The notes below the pieces were generated by a model that saw nothing but the letters and a program-made list of their open reading frames with translations, was not told the DNA's origin and did no database searches. Positions 40,468 to 48,444 of a stretch of DNA of 64,000 nucleotides are shown piece after piece (position 1 is the stretch's first letter; every line of letters starts with the position of its first letter). The stretch lies in NCBI GenBank assembly GCA_030765785.1, contig JAVCCC010000018.1, positions 761-64,760 of the forward strand. The letters run 5' to 3'. The DNA is from Candidatus Aceula lacicola. Its GTDB lineage: Bacteria > Omnitrophota > Gorgyraeia > Zapsychrales > Aceulaceae. The position numbers were made by a program, and so were the translations under genes.

Positions 40468-41388
40468 ATGGAAATATATTTAGCTCACACACAAGGTTTT
40501 TGCGCTGGCGTTGCACGCGCAATCGATATCGTAAATCGCGTCTACGAAAAACACAACACCCCTCTCTATGTTTTTCATGAAATTGTTCACAACACGCTTG
40601 TTGTTGAAAGTTTTAAGAAAAAAGGTATTCAATTTGTTGATGATTTAAGCGATGTGCCAGATGGTGGACGTGTTATTTTTAGCGCACACGGTGTGTCGCC
40701 TAAAATTATTGAAGATGCGCAAAAAAAGAATTTAATCTTTTTTGATGCAACCTGCCCTCTTGTTCATCGCGTCCATAAATGTGCGAGTGAATTTTCCAAA
40801 GATGGTATTGATGTGATTTTGATTGGACACAAAAAACATCAGGAAGTCATCGGGACAAAAGGCTATGTAGATCCAAGCCTTCTTCATATTATTCAAGGTG
40901 AGGATGAAGTCGAGAATCTTTTAATTGATTCTTCTAAAAAGGTTGGATACGTGACGCAAACAACTCTTTCTTTAGATGATACAAAGAATTTGGTGCAAAG
41001 ATTAAAGGCACGTTTTCCAAGCTTGATTGATGCCAAAGTTGAAGATGTTTGTTATGCTACGCAAAATCGACAGAATGCGGTTAAAGAATTGTGTAATGCA
41101 TGTGATACGATTATTATTTGCGGATCATCGAATAGCTCAAATAGCAATCGATTAAGAGAATTAGCTGAAAAATGCGGTGTTGAAAGTTATTTGATAGATT
41201 CTGCAGATGAAATTAAATTGTCTATGTTGAACAATAAAGAAAAGATTGGCATCAGCTCTGGTGCATCGGTTCCGGAGAGCGTTGTTCTTGATGTCATTGA
41301 TAAGATAAAGAGTGAATTTCCTGTTTCAGAAATACATATTTCGGAAAGCCCGGAAAAGCAAGTGGCTTTTCCAATTCCAGAGATTTAA
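40468..41388 (+). CDS. ispH: 4-hydroxy-3-methylbut-2-enyl diphosphate reductase
   Basis: 306 aa; GFCAGV, HNTLVVE/ATCPLV, and third Cys motif (CYATQNRQ). Confidence 0.9.
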   Translation: MEIYLAHTQGFCAGVARAIDIVNRVYEKHNTPLYVFHEIVHNTLVVESFKKKGIQFVDDLSDVPDGGRVIFSAHGVSPKIIEDAQKKNLIFFDATCPLVHRVHKCASEFSKDGIDVILIGHKKHQEVIGTKGYVDPSLLHIIQGEDEVENLLIDSSKKVGYVTQTTLSLDDTKNLVQRLKARFPSLIDAKVEDVCYATQNRQNAVKELCNACDTIIICGSSNSSNSNRLRELAEKCGVESYLIDSADEIKLSMLNNKEKIGISSGASVPESVVLDVIDKIKSEFPVSEIHISESPEKQVAFPIPEI

Positions 41389-41401
41389 AAGGAGCGTCAA
41401 A

Positions 41402-41656
41402 TTGGCTAAATTAATAATCGATCAGATAGAGTATGAAATCCTCGACGGAGAATCAATTTCGGAGATTTGTCAGCAGGCGGGTGTCCGTTTTGATTGTAAT
41501 ACAGGTGTTTGTGGATCGTGTCATATTAAAATTTTAGAAGGCGCTGAGAATTTAAGCGAGTTAACGCAAGAAGAAACAGATCTTGGAATGGATCAGGATA
41601 ATCGCCTGGCTTGCCAGTGTCATATTAAAACAGGTATTGTGAAAATTACATTTTAA
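41402..41656 (+). CDS. [2Fe-2S] ferredoxin (plant/adrenodoxin-like Cys pattern)
   Basis: TTG start at 41402 with AAGGAG SD 6 nt upstream; 84 aa; CNTGVCGSC...CQC cysteine pattern; ORF-track 114-aa version overlaps ispH and is probably an artifactual extension. Confidence 0.6.
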   Translation: MAKLIIDQIEYEILDGESISEICQQAGVRFDCNTGVCGSCHIKILEGAENLSELTQEETDLGMDQDNRLACQCHIKTGIVKITF

Positions 41657-41657
41657 A

Positions 41658-42614
41658 ATGAACCTATTGTCTTTACAGTCAATATCCGGTGTTACGGTTG
41701 AAGAAAATGCATCTTTTTCTAAATGCACAACGTTTCAACTTGGAGGAAACTGTCCTTTTTTGATTACCTGTTCAGCGGTAGCGCAATTCGAGAACGTTAT
41801 TAAATTCTTAAGAGATAAAAGTATTTCATTTATTGTTATTGGCGAAGGGTCAAACCTTGTTGTTTCCGATAGCGGCGTTAAGAATGTTATTGTTCGCTTT
41901 GTTTCTAAAGAGCCAGATATTCAGCTTAATGGTTGCAAGATTACAGCACCATCGGGTACAAGTTTAGATGAAGTTGTTTTATTTGCAGCTCAAAATGGAC
42001 TTAAAGGTCTTAATTTTGCAAGTGGAATTCCTGGCACGGTTGGTGGTGCGGTTTGCGGTAACGCCGGAGCGTTTGGTCAGCAAATAAGCGATAGCTTGTT
42101 TTATATAAAACTTTTGGGACCAACTGGAAAAATACGCATTGTTGAGCCTGAAGCTTTAAATTTTAATTATCGAGATTCAAATATCGCTCAAAACGGTGAT
42201 ATTATTTTGTCGGTGACATTTGCTCTTCTCCCTGAAGATCCAGATGCCCTTTTGTATGAGCGAAAGAATATTTTAAAGGAACGTAAAGAAAAACATCCTG
42301 ATTACAAAAAGATACCTTGTGCAGGAAGTTTTTTTAAGAATATTGAAAGTGAAGACGGACGCAAAGCGGCCGGAGCTCTTTTAGATCAGGCAGGGGCAAA
42401 AGAGATGATGGTTGGTGGTGCGGCGGTTTTTGAAAAGCATGCCAATATCATTGTTAAAAAAAGTAAAGATTGTTCTTCTCAGGACATTTTTGATTTGTCA
42501 CAGAAAATGGCTGAATCCGTAGAAAAAAAGTTTGGTATTGAGCTTCAGCGAGAGGTTTTGTTTGTCGGCGAGTTTAAAGATGGAAAGAATCAACTTAATC
42601 GTTGTATCTGGTAG
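41658..42614 (+). CDS. murB: UDP-N-acetylenolpyruvoylglucosamine reductase
   Basis: 318 aa; FAD-binding GEGSNLVV motif, MurB C-terminal domain. Confidence 0.9.
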   Translation: MNLLSLQSISGVTVEENASFSKCTTFQLGGNCPFLITCSAVAQFENVIKFLRDKSISFIVIGEGSNLVVSDSGVKNVIVRFVSKEPDIQLNGCKITAPSGTSLDEVVLFAAQNGLKGLNFASGIPGTVGGAVCGNAGAFGQQISDSLFYIKLLGPTGKIRIVEPEALNFNYRDSNIAQNGDIILSVTFALLPEDPDALLYERKNILKERKEKHPDYKKIPCAGSFFKNIESEDGRKAAGALLDQAGAKEMMVGGAAVFEKHANIIVKKSKDCSSQDIFDLSQKMAESVEKKFGIELQREVLFVGEFKDGKNQLNRCIW

Positions 42615-43649
42615 CTACCCACCAATTCGATACATTTCAATCTTATTTCGGTTTTTATTGTTAGCGCAAAAACGCATCTCAGAGTACTGATCTTCTCTTT
42701 TATTCCAAATATTCTGAAGGACTTTAAAGAGTTCAGCATTATTTTTGTGCAGATGTTTTTTAAGGTCAAATGCATTTTCAGCAAAAAGGCAAGTATAAAG
42801 TTCTCCACCCGATGAGAGTCTTAGGCGATTACAGTCTTGGCAAAAGGGCTGACTAATCGATGAGATAAACCCAATTTCCCCTTTTCCATTTTTGTAAGCA
42901 TAGCGTCTAGCAACTTCTCCTCGATAGTTTTGTTCCAGAGGTGCAACTGGAAAGGTTTCATGAATTTTTCTTAGAATGTTGATTGAAGAGATGACGTCTT
43001 TTTCTGACCAATTGTTTTCAGTCCCAACATCCATGTATTCGATAAAGCGAACAATGTGTTTTGTATTTCTAAAATATCTTACAATAGGAATAATTTCTGA
43101 TTCATTCATCCCTTTTTTAACTAGAACATTAATTTTTAGTGAAGAAAATCCAGCTTGTTCACAGGAGGTGATACCGCTAAGTACGTTTTGCGGTGATCCA
43201 AATCCACCGGTCATTTTTTTGTAAATTTTTTCATCAAGTGAGTTTAAGCTAACGGTAATGCGGTCAAGACCACTCTTTTTAAGTTGAATCGCCTGGTCGG
43301 AAAGCAGATAGCCATTTGTGGTTAATGCCAGATCTTCAATTCCCAAAGCTTTAAGTTGTTTGATTAAAAAAGAAAGATTTTTGTAAAGGAGCGGCTCTCC
43401 TCCTGTCAGGCGAATTTTTTTGACACCCAGATCGATAAGGATTTTTGAAATTCGAAGAATTTCATCAAAGCTAATAAGCTGTTTTTTTTTGCCGAGACTT
43501 TGAGATTGTTTTGTTGGCTTACAATGAGGGCAAGAGAAATTGCACTGATCTGTTAGTGATATGCGTACATCATGAAGCGGTCGATTTAACTGATCAATAC
43601 AATGAGTTTCTGTTGCAGAAAAATTTAAGGGCATTTGAAGCGTTGGCAT
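42615..43649 (-). CDS. moaA: GTP 3',8-cyclase MoaA-family radical SAM enzyme
   Basis: 344 aa; N-terminal CNFSCPHC radical SAM cluster, RLTGGEPLL, C-terminal CQDCNRLRLSSGGELYTCLF second-cluster motif characteristic of MoaA. Confidence 0.7.
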   Translation of the reverse strand: MPTLQMPLNFSATETHCIDQLNRPLHDVRISLTDQCNFSCPHCKPTKQSQSLGKKKQLISFDEILRISKILIDLGVKKIRLTGGEPLLYKNLSFLIKQLKALGIEDLALTTNGYLLSDQAIQLKKSGLDRITVSLNSLDEKIYKKMTGGFGSPQNVLSGITSCEQAGFSSLKINVLVKKGMNESEIIPIVRYFRNTKHIVRFIEYMDVGTENNWSEKDVISSINILRKIHETFPVAPLEQNYRGEVARRYAYKNGKGEIGFISSISQPFCQDCNRLRLSSGGELYTCLFAENAFDLKKHLHKNNAELFKVLQNIWNKREDQYSEMRFCANNKNRNKIEMYRIGG

Positions 43650-43651
43650 TG

Positions 43652-43894
43652 TTATCCTTGTGATTCGACTTTGATATCAGGATTATAGTGTTCTTTTAGA
43701 GCAGCTTCGATAGCCATAAGAGTTCCCATTTTTGCGTGAGGACATCCTCCGCAGGCGCCTTGGTATTCAATGGTTAAAATATTATCGGCGAGGGTGATGA
43801 GCTTAAGATCTCCTCCGTCTTTTTGCATAAAAGGGCGAACAGTGTGATTTAGAATAGCGTTTATTTTTTCGAACTCTGGATTTACTTCTGTCAT
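43652..43894 (-). CDS. Nfu/NifU C-terminal domain-like Fe-S cluster carrier
   Basis: 80 aa; GACGGCPHA CxxC motif of NifU C-terminal domain. Confidence 0.75.
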   Translation of the reverse strand: MTEVNPEFEKINAILNHTVRPFMQKDGGDLKLITLADNILTIEYQGACGGCPHAKMGTLMAIEAALKEHYNPDIKVESQG

Positions 43895-44015
43895 GATGAC
43901 TCCATTGTAAATTGGTTACACTGTAGTTCCGATTTGTCCTGCTAGGCCGCAGGACTTATGGAATAAATTCACACAGGCTGACTTGGCGCTTCTTTTAGTC
44001 GCGTAAGTCAGGTGT

Positions 44016-44558
44016 TCATTTATGGTTTGGCCTATAAACTTTGATAACTGTTTCATCGCATTCAAGCGATATGTTTGCAATAACCTCAAGGCAATCAGGA
44101 ATAGCTGGAAAGACAGCTTCTAAGCATTGAGCGATTGACTTAGGATTTCCTGGTAAATTTAAAATCAGTGTCTTATTTCGAACGCCGGCTGTTTGACGTG
44201 ACAAAATTGCCGTCGGTACATATTTTAAGGAAACGCAGCGCATCAATTCACCAAAACCAGGTAACATTTTTTCACAAACAGATTCGGTGGCCTCTGGAGT
44301 TACATCTCTTTTAGCTGGCCCTGTCCCTCCTGTTGTTACGATTAAGCAGCAGTTTTCTTGATCGCTTAATGTAATAATTTGAGATTCGATTTCTTCTTTT
44401 TCATCAGGTGAGACGCGATAAACAGAATCCCATGAATTCTTTAAATAGGCCCCTAGAATCTCTTCGATGGCCTTGCCAGAGACATCTTCGTATTCTCCTT
44501 TAGAAACACGATCTGAAACCGTTAGAATTCCAATTTTGATTTGATCTTTTGAAGTCAT
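44016..44558 (-). CDS. Molybdenum cofactor biosynthesis protein MogA/MoaB family
   Basis: 180 aa; IGILTVSDRVS and TTGGTGPAKRDVTPEA motifs. Confidence 0.8.
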   Translation of the reverse strand: MTSKDQIKIGILTVSDRVSKGEYEDVSGKAIEEILGAYLKNSWDSVYRVSPDEKEEIESQIITLSDQENCCLIVTTGGTGPAKRDVTPEATESVCEKMLPGFGELMRCVSLKYVPTAILSRQTAGVRNKTLILNLPGNPKSIAQCLEAVFPAIPDCLEVIANISLECDETVIKVYRPNHK

Positions 44559-44564
44559 TTGAGC

Positions 44565-44744
44565 TTAACCGAGGAGTTTGTCGCCAACGGCCCAATTCTC
44601 ACCGTTAACCTCATCAAAAACAACATAGGTGTGATCTTTTGGTTTGTTTGCAACTTTTTCAAGAGTTTCGGTAAATTCAGCTGCAATTTTCTGTTTTTGT
44701 TCTTTAGTTATTTTTCCAACTAATTTAACATTAATATACGGCAT
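44565..44744 (-). CDS. 4-oxalocrotonate tautomerase family protein (59 aa)
   Basis: Not in ORF track (<60 aa). MPYINVKLVGKITKEQKQKIAAEFTETLEKVANKPKDHTYVVFDEVNGENWAVGDKLLG: N-terminal Pro1 catalytic residue and 4-OT fold length. Confidence 0.6.
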   Translation of the reverse strand: MPYINVKLVGKITKEQKQKIAAEFTETLEKVANKPKDHTYVVFDEVNGENWAVGDKLLG

Positions 44745-44747
44745 AGT

Positions 44748-45335
44748 TTATTCCTTTGATAAAACAAAAATTCCGACGTGGGCAAATAAATTTGGCCAGA
44801 ATGAAATTTCTTGATTACGCGACAAAGCGCGTTTTTTTTCAATTTTAATATCATAATGATCACAGAATCTTTGAAAATCTTTAATGCTTAAGAATTTTAC
44901 GTTTGGCGTGTCATACCATTGATCAGGTAATTCTTTTGTGATCGGAACGTTGCCTCTAAAGCAAACCTGAAAACGACCATTGATGTGGCAGAAGTTTGGG
45001 ATTGCAACAATAACCTTTTTACCCACACGTAAAGATTCGAGAATAACTTTTTTAGGATTTAAGACCTGCTGTAAACTTTCGTAGAGAATAATATAATCAA
45101 ATCGTTTGTTTGAATAATCTAGAAGCTCTGTATCGATGTCGCCGTGAATAACAGTTAAGCCCTTTTCAATGCAGGAATGAACAGCCTTTTCGTCGATTTC
45201 AATGCCAGCACCTCGTATGTTCTTTTTTTCTTTAAGCAGAGACAAAAGATCCCCGTTACCACATCCAAGGTCTAAAACTCTTGCGTCTGGATTAATGAGA
45301 TCAGTGATGATTTTATAGTCTAAACGTCGCGTCAT
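44748..45335 (-). CDS. metW: Methionine biosynthesis protein MetW (class I SAM-dependent methyltransferase fold)
   Basis: 195 aa; VLDLGCGNGDLL motif; immediately downstream of metX as in metXW pairs. Confidence 0.7.
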   Translation of the reverse strand: MTRRLDYKIITDLINPDARVLDLGCGNGDLLSLLKEKKNIRGAGIEIDEKAVHSCIEKGLTVIHGDIDTELLDYSNKRFDYIILYESLQQVLNPKKVILESLRVGKKVIVAIPNFCHINGRFQVCFRGNVPITKELPDQWYDTPNVKFLSIKDFQRFCDHYDIKIEKKRALSRNQEISFWPNLFAHVGIFVLSKE

Positions 45336-45336
45336 T

Positions 45337-46458
45337 TTATTTGCTTTCCTTTTTTAGGAAGTTTGTAATTAAATCTGATTGTCCATCGGCTTCAATTAAA
45401 AAAGAATCGTGTCCGTACGAGCTTTTGATTTCGCAACTTGAAACATCCGCATCGTTTATTTTAAGCGCTTTGATCATTGATTTAAGCTGATGCGTTGGAT
45501 ATAGCCAATCCGACGTAAATGTGATTACGAGAAAATTCGCTTTCACATTCTGAAAGACAACGTCTAAACTTTTTTCTTCAGATAGATTAAAATAATCAAG
45601 CGCTTTTGAGATGTAAAGATACGAATTTGGATCGAATCTTTGCACAAAGCTCTCTCCTCGATATTTTAGATAACTTTCGACTTGAAAGTCTTGTGAAAAA
45701 TCAAAACCAACGCGTTCTTTATCGATCAACTGACGTCCAAATTTTTTATCCATAGATTCATCGCTCATATATGTGATGTGTCCAACCATGCGCGCAAGTC
45801 CAATCCCTGTTGATGGAGGTTTTTTATCATAATAATCTCCATTGTTCCAATTCGGATCGGTCATGATCGCTTGACGGCCTACTTCATGAAAAGCAATCTG
45901 TTGCGCGGTATGTCCTGTATTTGTGGCAATCACAATCGCTGAATTAACAGAGTCTGGATAAAGAACAGACCATTTTAAGGCTTGCATCCCTCCCATAGAC
46001 CCACCAGCAACAGCGTGTAGTTTTTTGATGCCTAGACGATCAATAAGAGCCTTTTGCACAACAACCATGTCTTTGATTGTGACAACGGGAAAGCTTAAGC
46101 CATATGGTTTTTTTGTTTCTGGATTAATAGAGGACGGGCCTGTTGTTCCTTTACACCCGCCTAGAACATTCGATGAAATAATAAAATATTTATTTGTATC
46201 AAACGCTTTGCCAGGACCAATCATATTGTCCCACCACCCTGGTTTTTTATCGCCTTTATGCAGGCCTGCAGCATGAGCATCGCCAGACAGAGCGTGGCAA
46301 ATTAAGATCGCATTTGATTTATCGCTATTTAGCGTTCCGTACGTTTCGTAAGCAATCGTAATCGGTCCAAGCTTTAGTCCGCTTTTAAGCGTTAAGCTGT
46401 TTGGCCGCTCAAAACATGTGATTTGTTGAGTTTCAACTATTCCTAAATTTTTTGTCAT
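45337..46458 (-). CDS. metX: Homoserine O-acetyltransferase
   Basis: 373 aa; alpha/beta hydrolase with [10 protein letters not shown] nucleophile elbow, MetX family. Confidence 0.85.
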   Translation of the reverse strand: MTKNLGIVETQQITCFERPNSLTLKSGLKLGPITIAYETYGTLNSDKSNAILICHALSGDAHAAGLHKGDKKPGWWDNMIGPGKAFDTNKYFIISSNVLGGCKGTTGPSSINPETKKPYGLSFPVVTIKDMVVVQKALIDRLGIKKLHAVAGGSMGGMQALKWSVLYPDSVNSAIVIATNTGHTAQQIAFHEVGRQAIMTDPNWNNGDYYDKKPPSTGIGLARMVGHITYMSDESMDKKFGRQLIDKERVGFDFSQDFQVESYLKYRGESFVQRFDPNSYLYISKALDYFNLSEEKSLDVVFQNVKANFLVITFTSDWLYPTHQLKSMIKALKINDADVSSCEIKSSYGHDSFLIEADGQSDLITNFLKKESK

Positions 46459-46520
46459 AAATAAGCACCTAACTTATGGAGCACAGCGAACGTAAGTTAG
46501 CTGTGCGCATTTATCCCAGG
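46459..46520 (-). promoter_or_regulatory. Conserved structured 5' leader element (copy B) abutting metX start, SD embedded
   Basis: Near-identical to folE leader copy; GCACAGC/GCUGUGC perfect 7-bp helix interleaved with ACUUACG/CAUAAGU. Confidence 0.5.
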
Positions 46521-46561
46521 GAGCGTTAGCGACCGCGGGAATTTTTTAATTTAACTTCAAA

Positions 46562-46590
46562 AGTTTAGCACAGCCAATAATAGGTGTCAA
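46562..46590 (-). promoter_or_regulatory. sigma70-type promoter of metXW (TTGACA-17-TAAACT)
   Basis: -35 TTGACA (rc of 46585-46590), 17-nt spacer, -10 TAAACT (rc of 46562-46567); ~95-nt leader. Confidence 0.55.
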
Positions 46591-46606
46591 CTTGTCTAAA
46601 ATAGGC

Positions 46607-47914
46607 CTAAATAACCAAATCTCCCTTTAATCCAAAGGCCGATGCGCTCTTTATTTTGACATTTACAAATTGTTTTGGTGCGCAATCTTTGGCCTTAAAC
46701 GATACCGTCTTGTTGGTTTTGGTTCGGCCACAGAAATTTCCGGCTTCCTTCTTTCTATCAATGAATTCAATTAAGACTTCTTGGGTTGTTCCAATTAATT
46801 TTTGGTTATTTTCATGCGAAATTTCTTTTTGCAGTTCATTGAGCTTCACAATGCGTTCTGTTTTCTTGTCTGGGCTCACATCATCTTTGTATTTTTTGGT
46901 CGCAACGGTTCCCGAGCGAGGTGAATATTTAAAAATAAAGGCGGCATCAAATCGAGTTTTTTTAACCACATCGACTGTATCTTTAAAATCTTTTTCAGTT
47001 TCGCTTGGAAATCCAACGATAATGTCGGTTGTAATGGCGATGCCAGGACATGCTGCCCGTATCTTTTCAGCAAGTTTAAGATATCCTTGTTTTGTATACG
47101 TGCGGTTCATTTTTTTTAAGATGCGGCTGCTGCCAGCCTGAAGCGGAAGGTGAACGTGTTTTATACTCTTGGGATTGTTGGCAATAACTTTGATAAGTTT
47201 ATCTGGGAAATCTTTCGGGTGCGGTGACATAAAATGAATACGCTTGATTCCATTGATCTTACTAATTTCATTGATAAGATCTGGAAAATCTTTTTTGCCG
47301 TCTTTGTACGAATTGACATTTTGTCCTAAAAGAGTAACTTGAGGGTAACCTTCTTTTGCTAATTTTTTAATTTCTTTAACAATGCCGTTAAAATCCCGAC
47401 TTCGTTCACGACCGCGAACATAAGGCACAATGCAGTAGGTACAGAAATTATTGCACCCTCGTGATATGGCAACCCAGGCGTTGATGCCGTCTTCTCGTGT
47501 TGGATAGATATCCGAATAGGTTTCGGTATCAGATAGCGCATAATCAAATGTTTTTAATTTTGTCTTTTGTACTTCTTCGATAAGGTTGGGAAGTTTTTTG
47601 TAGCTGTCAGGCCCAGCGATAAAGTCAACGCCAAGATTTTTTGTGGTCAGGAGTTCTTCTTTTTTGTCTGCCGCCATGCATCCTAAAATGCCGATTAAAA
47701 CAGGTTTACCCTTAAGATCGTGGCGAATTTTATGGATTAGGCCTATAATTTTTCGATTAGCATTCTCGCGAACCGAACACGTATTCAACATAATGATGTC
47801 AGCGTTCGATTCGTTTTCGACAAATCTAAATTTCTTTTTAAGAAGAATCGACCGAACGAGTTCGGAATCATATTCGTTCATTTGGCACCCATAGGTTCGC
47901 AAGTATATTTTCAC
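46607..47914 (-). CDS. miaB: MiaB-family tRNA methylthiotransferase (radical SAM + TRAM)
   Basis: 435 aa from GTG 47914; N-terminal YGCQMNEYDSE UPF0004 domain, CNNFCTYC radical SAM motif, C-terminal TRAM domain. Confidence 0.8.
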   Translation of the reverse strand: MKIYLRTYGCQMNEYDSELVRSILLKKKFRFVENESNADIIMLNTCSVRENANRKIIGLIHKIRHDLKGKPVLIGILGCMAADKKEELLTTKNLGVDFIAGPDSYKKLPNLIEEVQKTKLKTFDYALSDTETYSDIYPTREDGINAWVAISRGCNNFCTYCIVPYVRGRERSRDFNGIVKEIKKLAKEGYPQVTLLGQNVNSYKDGKKDFPDLINEISKINGIKRIHFMSPHPKDFPDKLIKVIANNPKSIKHVHLPLQAGSSRILKKMNRTYTKQGYLKLAEKIRAACPGIAITTDIIVGFPSETEKDFKDTVDVVKKTRFDAAFIFKYSPRSGTVATKKYKDDVSPDKKTERIVKLNELQKEISHENNQKLIGTTQEVLIEFIDRKKEAGNFCGRTKTNKTVSFKAKDCAPKQFVNVKIKSASAFGLKGDLVI

Positions 47915-47949
47915 AAAGCGAACCTAGTCATGGGTGCTCCTGTGTTTAT

Positions 47950-47995
47950 CCCCGCTGCTTCGCTTCGCTTTGCAAAGCAAAGCAAAGCGACGGGG
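47950..47995. repeat. GC-rich palindromic (REP-like) element, copy 1
   Basis: CCCCG-CTGCTTCGCTTCGCTTTGC-AAAGCAAAGCAAAGCGA-CGGGG; long imperfect hairpin with G-U wobbles; between GIY-YIG gene and miaB. Confidence 0.6.
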
Positions 47996-48030
47996 ATACG
48001 GAGATAATTTATTATTTTCATATATTATTT

Positions 48031-48318
48031 TCACATATTCTTTTTATTTTGATAAGTTTTTATTAATTTCTTTTTCTGTGTTCTTGTTATTTTTTTTAAT
48101 CTTCTTTCAGCGTTTAGCGCATTCTTGTAATATCGATATTCCTTAGCATAAACTAATTTAATAGGTCCTTTTCCTCTTAAATATTTAGCACCATGCCCTT
48201 TTTCGTGTAATTTAATTCGATTTTCTATATTGCTTGTGTATCCAGTGTAGTAATATTCATTTTTGCATTCAACGATATACACATAGTATAATCCTATTCG
48301 TTTAGGCGATTTATTCAT
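48031..48318 (-). CDS. GIY-YIG nuclease domain protein (UPF0213/YhbQ-like)
   Basis: 95 aa; GLYYVYIVEC...YYTGYTSNIENRIKLHEKG GIY-YIG motifs. Confidence 0.75.
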   Translation of the reverse strand: MNKSPKRIGLYYVYIVECKNEYYYTGYTSNIENRIKLHEKGHGAKYLRGKGPIKLVYAKEYRYYKNALNAERRLKKITRTQKKKLIKTYQNKKNM

Positions 48319-48444
48319 TTATTGATTTTCTTCCAAGCGTGAAGCGCGAAAAGCGAGCGTGGCCAGCCGTAGGTTCGAATATGTACAATTTTATTTTTCA
48401 TTGCTTTTTTGATTTTAATTTGACAATTTTACTAAAATTAAGAA

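Noticed and set aside
41312-41401. Longer 114-aa version of the ferredoxin ORF
   Set aside because: It starts inside ispH. The TTG at 41402 with a perfect AAGGAG SD is the far better start.
46459-46520. Assignment of the metX leader to SAM-II/SAM-V or of the folE leader to preQ1-I/THF-II riboswitch classes
   Set aside because: Pseudoknot topology and gene context are suggestive, but I cannot match the conserved nucleotides of those classes by eye. Left as unclassified candidate element.
46596-46616. TAGGCCTA palindrome after the miaB stop as a terminator
   Set aside because: Only an 8-bp self-complementary word with no stem-loop plus U-run. It overlaps the metX promoter -35 region.
47934-48146. 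Plus-strand 70-aa ORF
   Set aside because: It spans the REP-like hairpin and runs antisense to the GIY-YIG gene. Low-complexity Leu/Phe-rich translation.
48361-48385. tRNA-like GGTTCGAAT (T-loop-like) string
   Set aside because: No acceptor or T stems can be formed around it (CCGTA versus ATGTA do not pair). This is an isolated word match.
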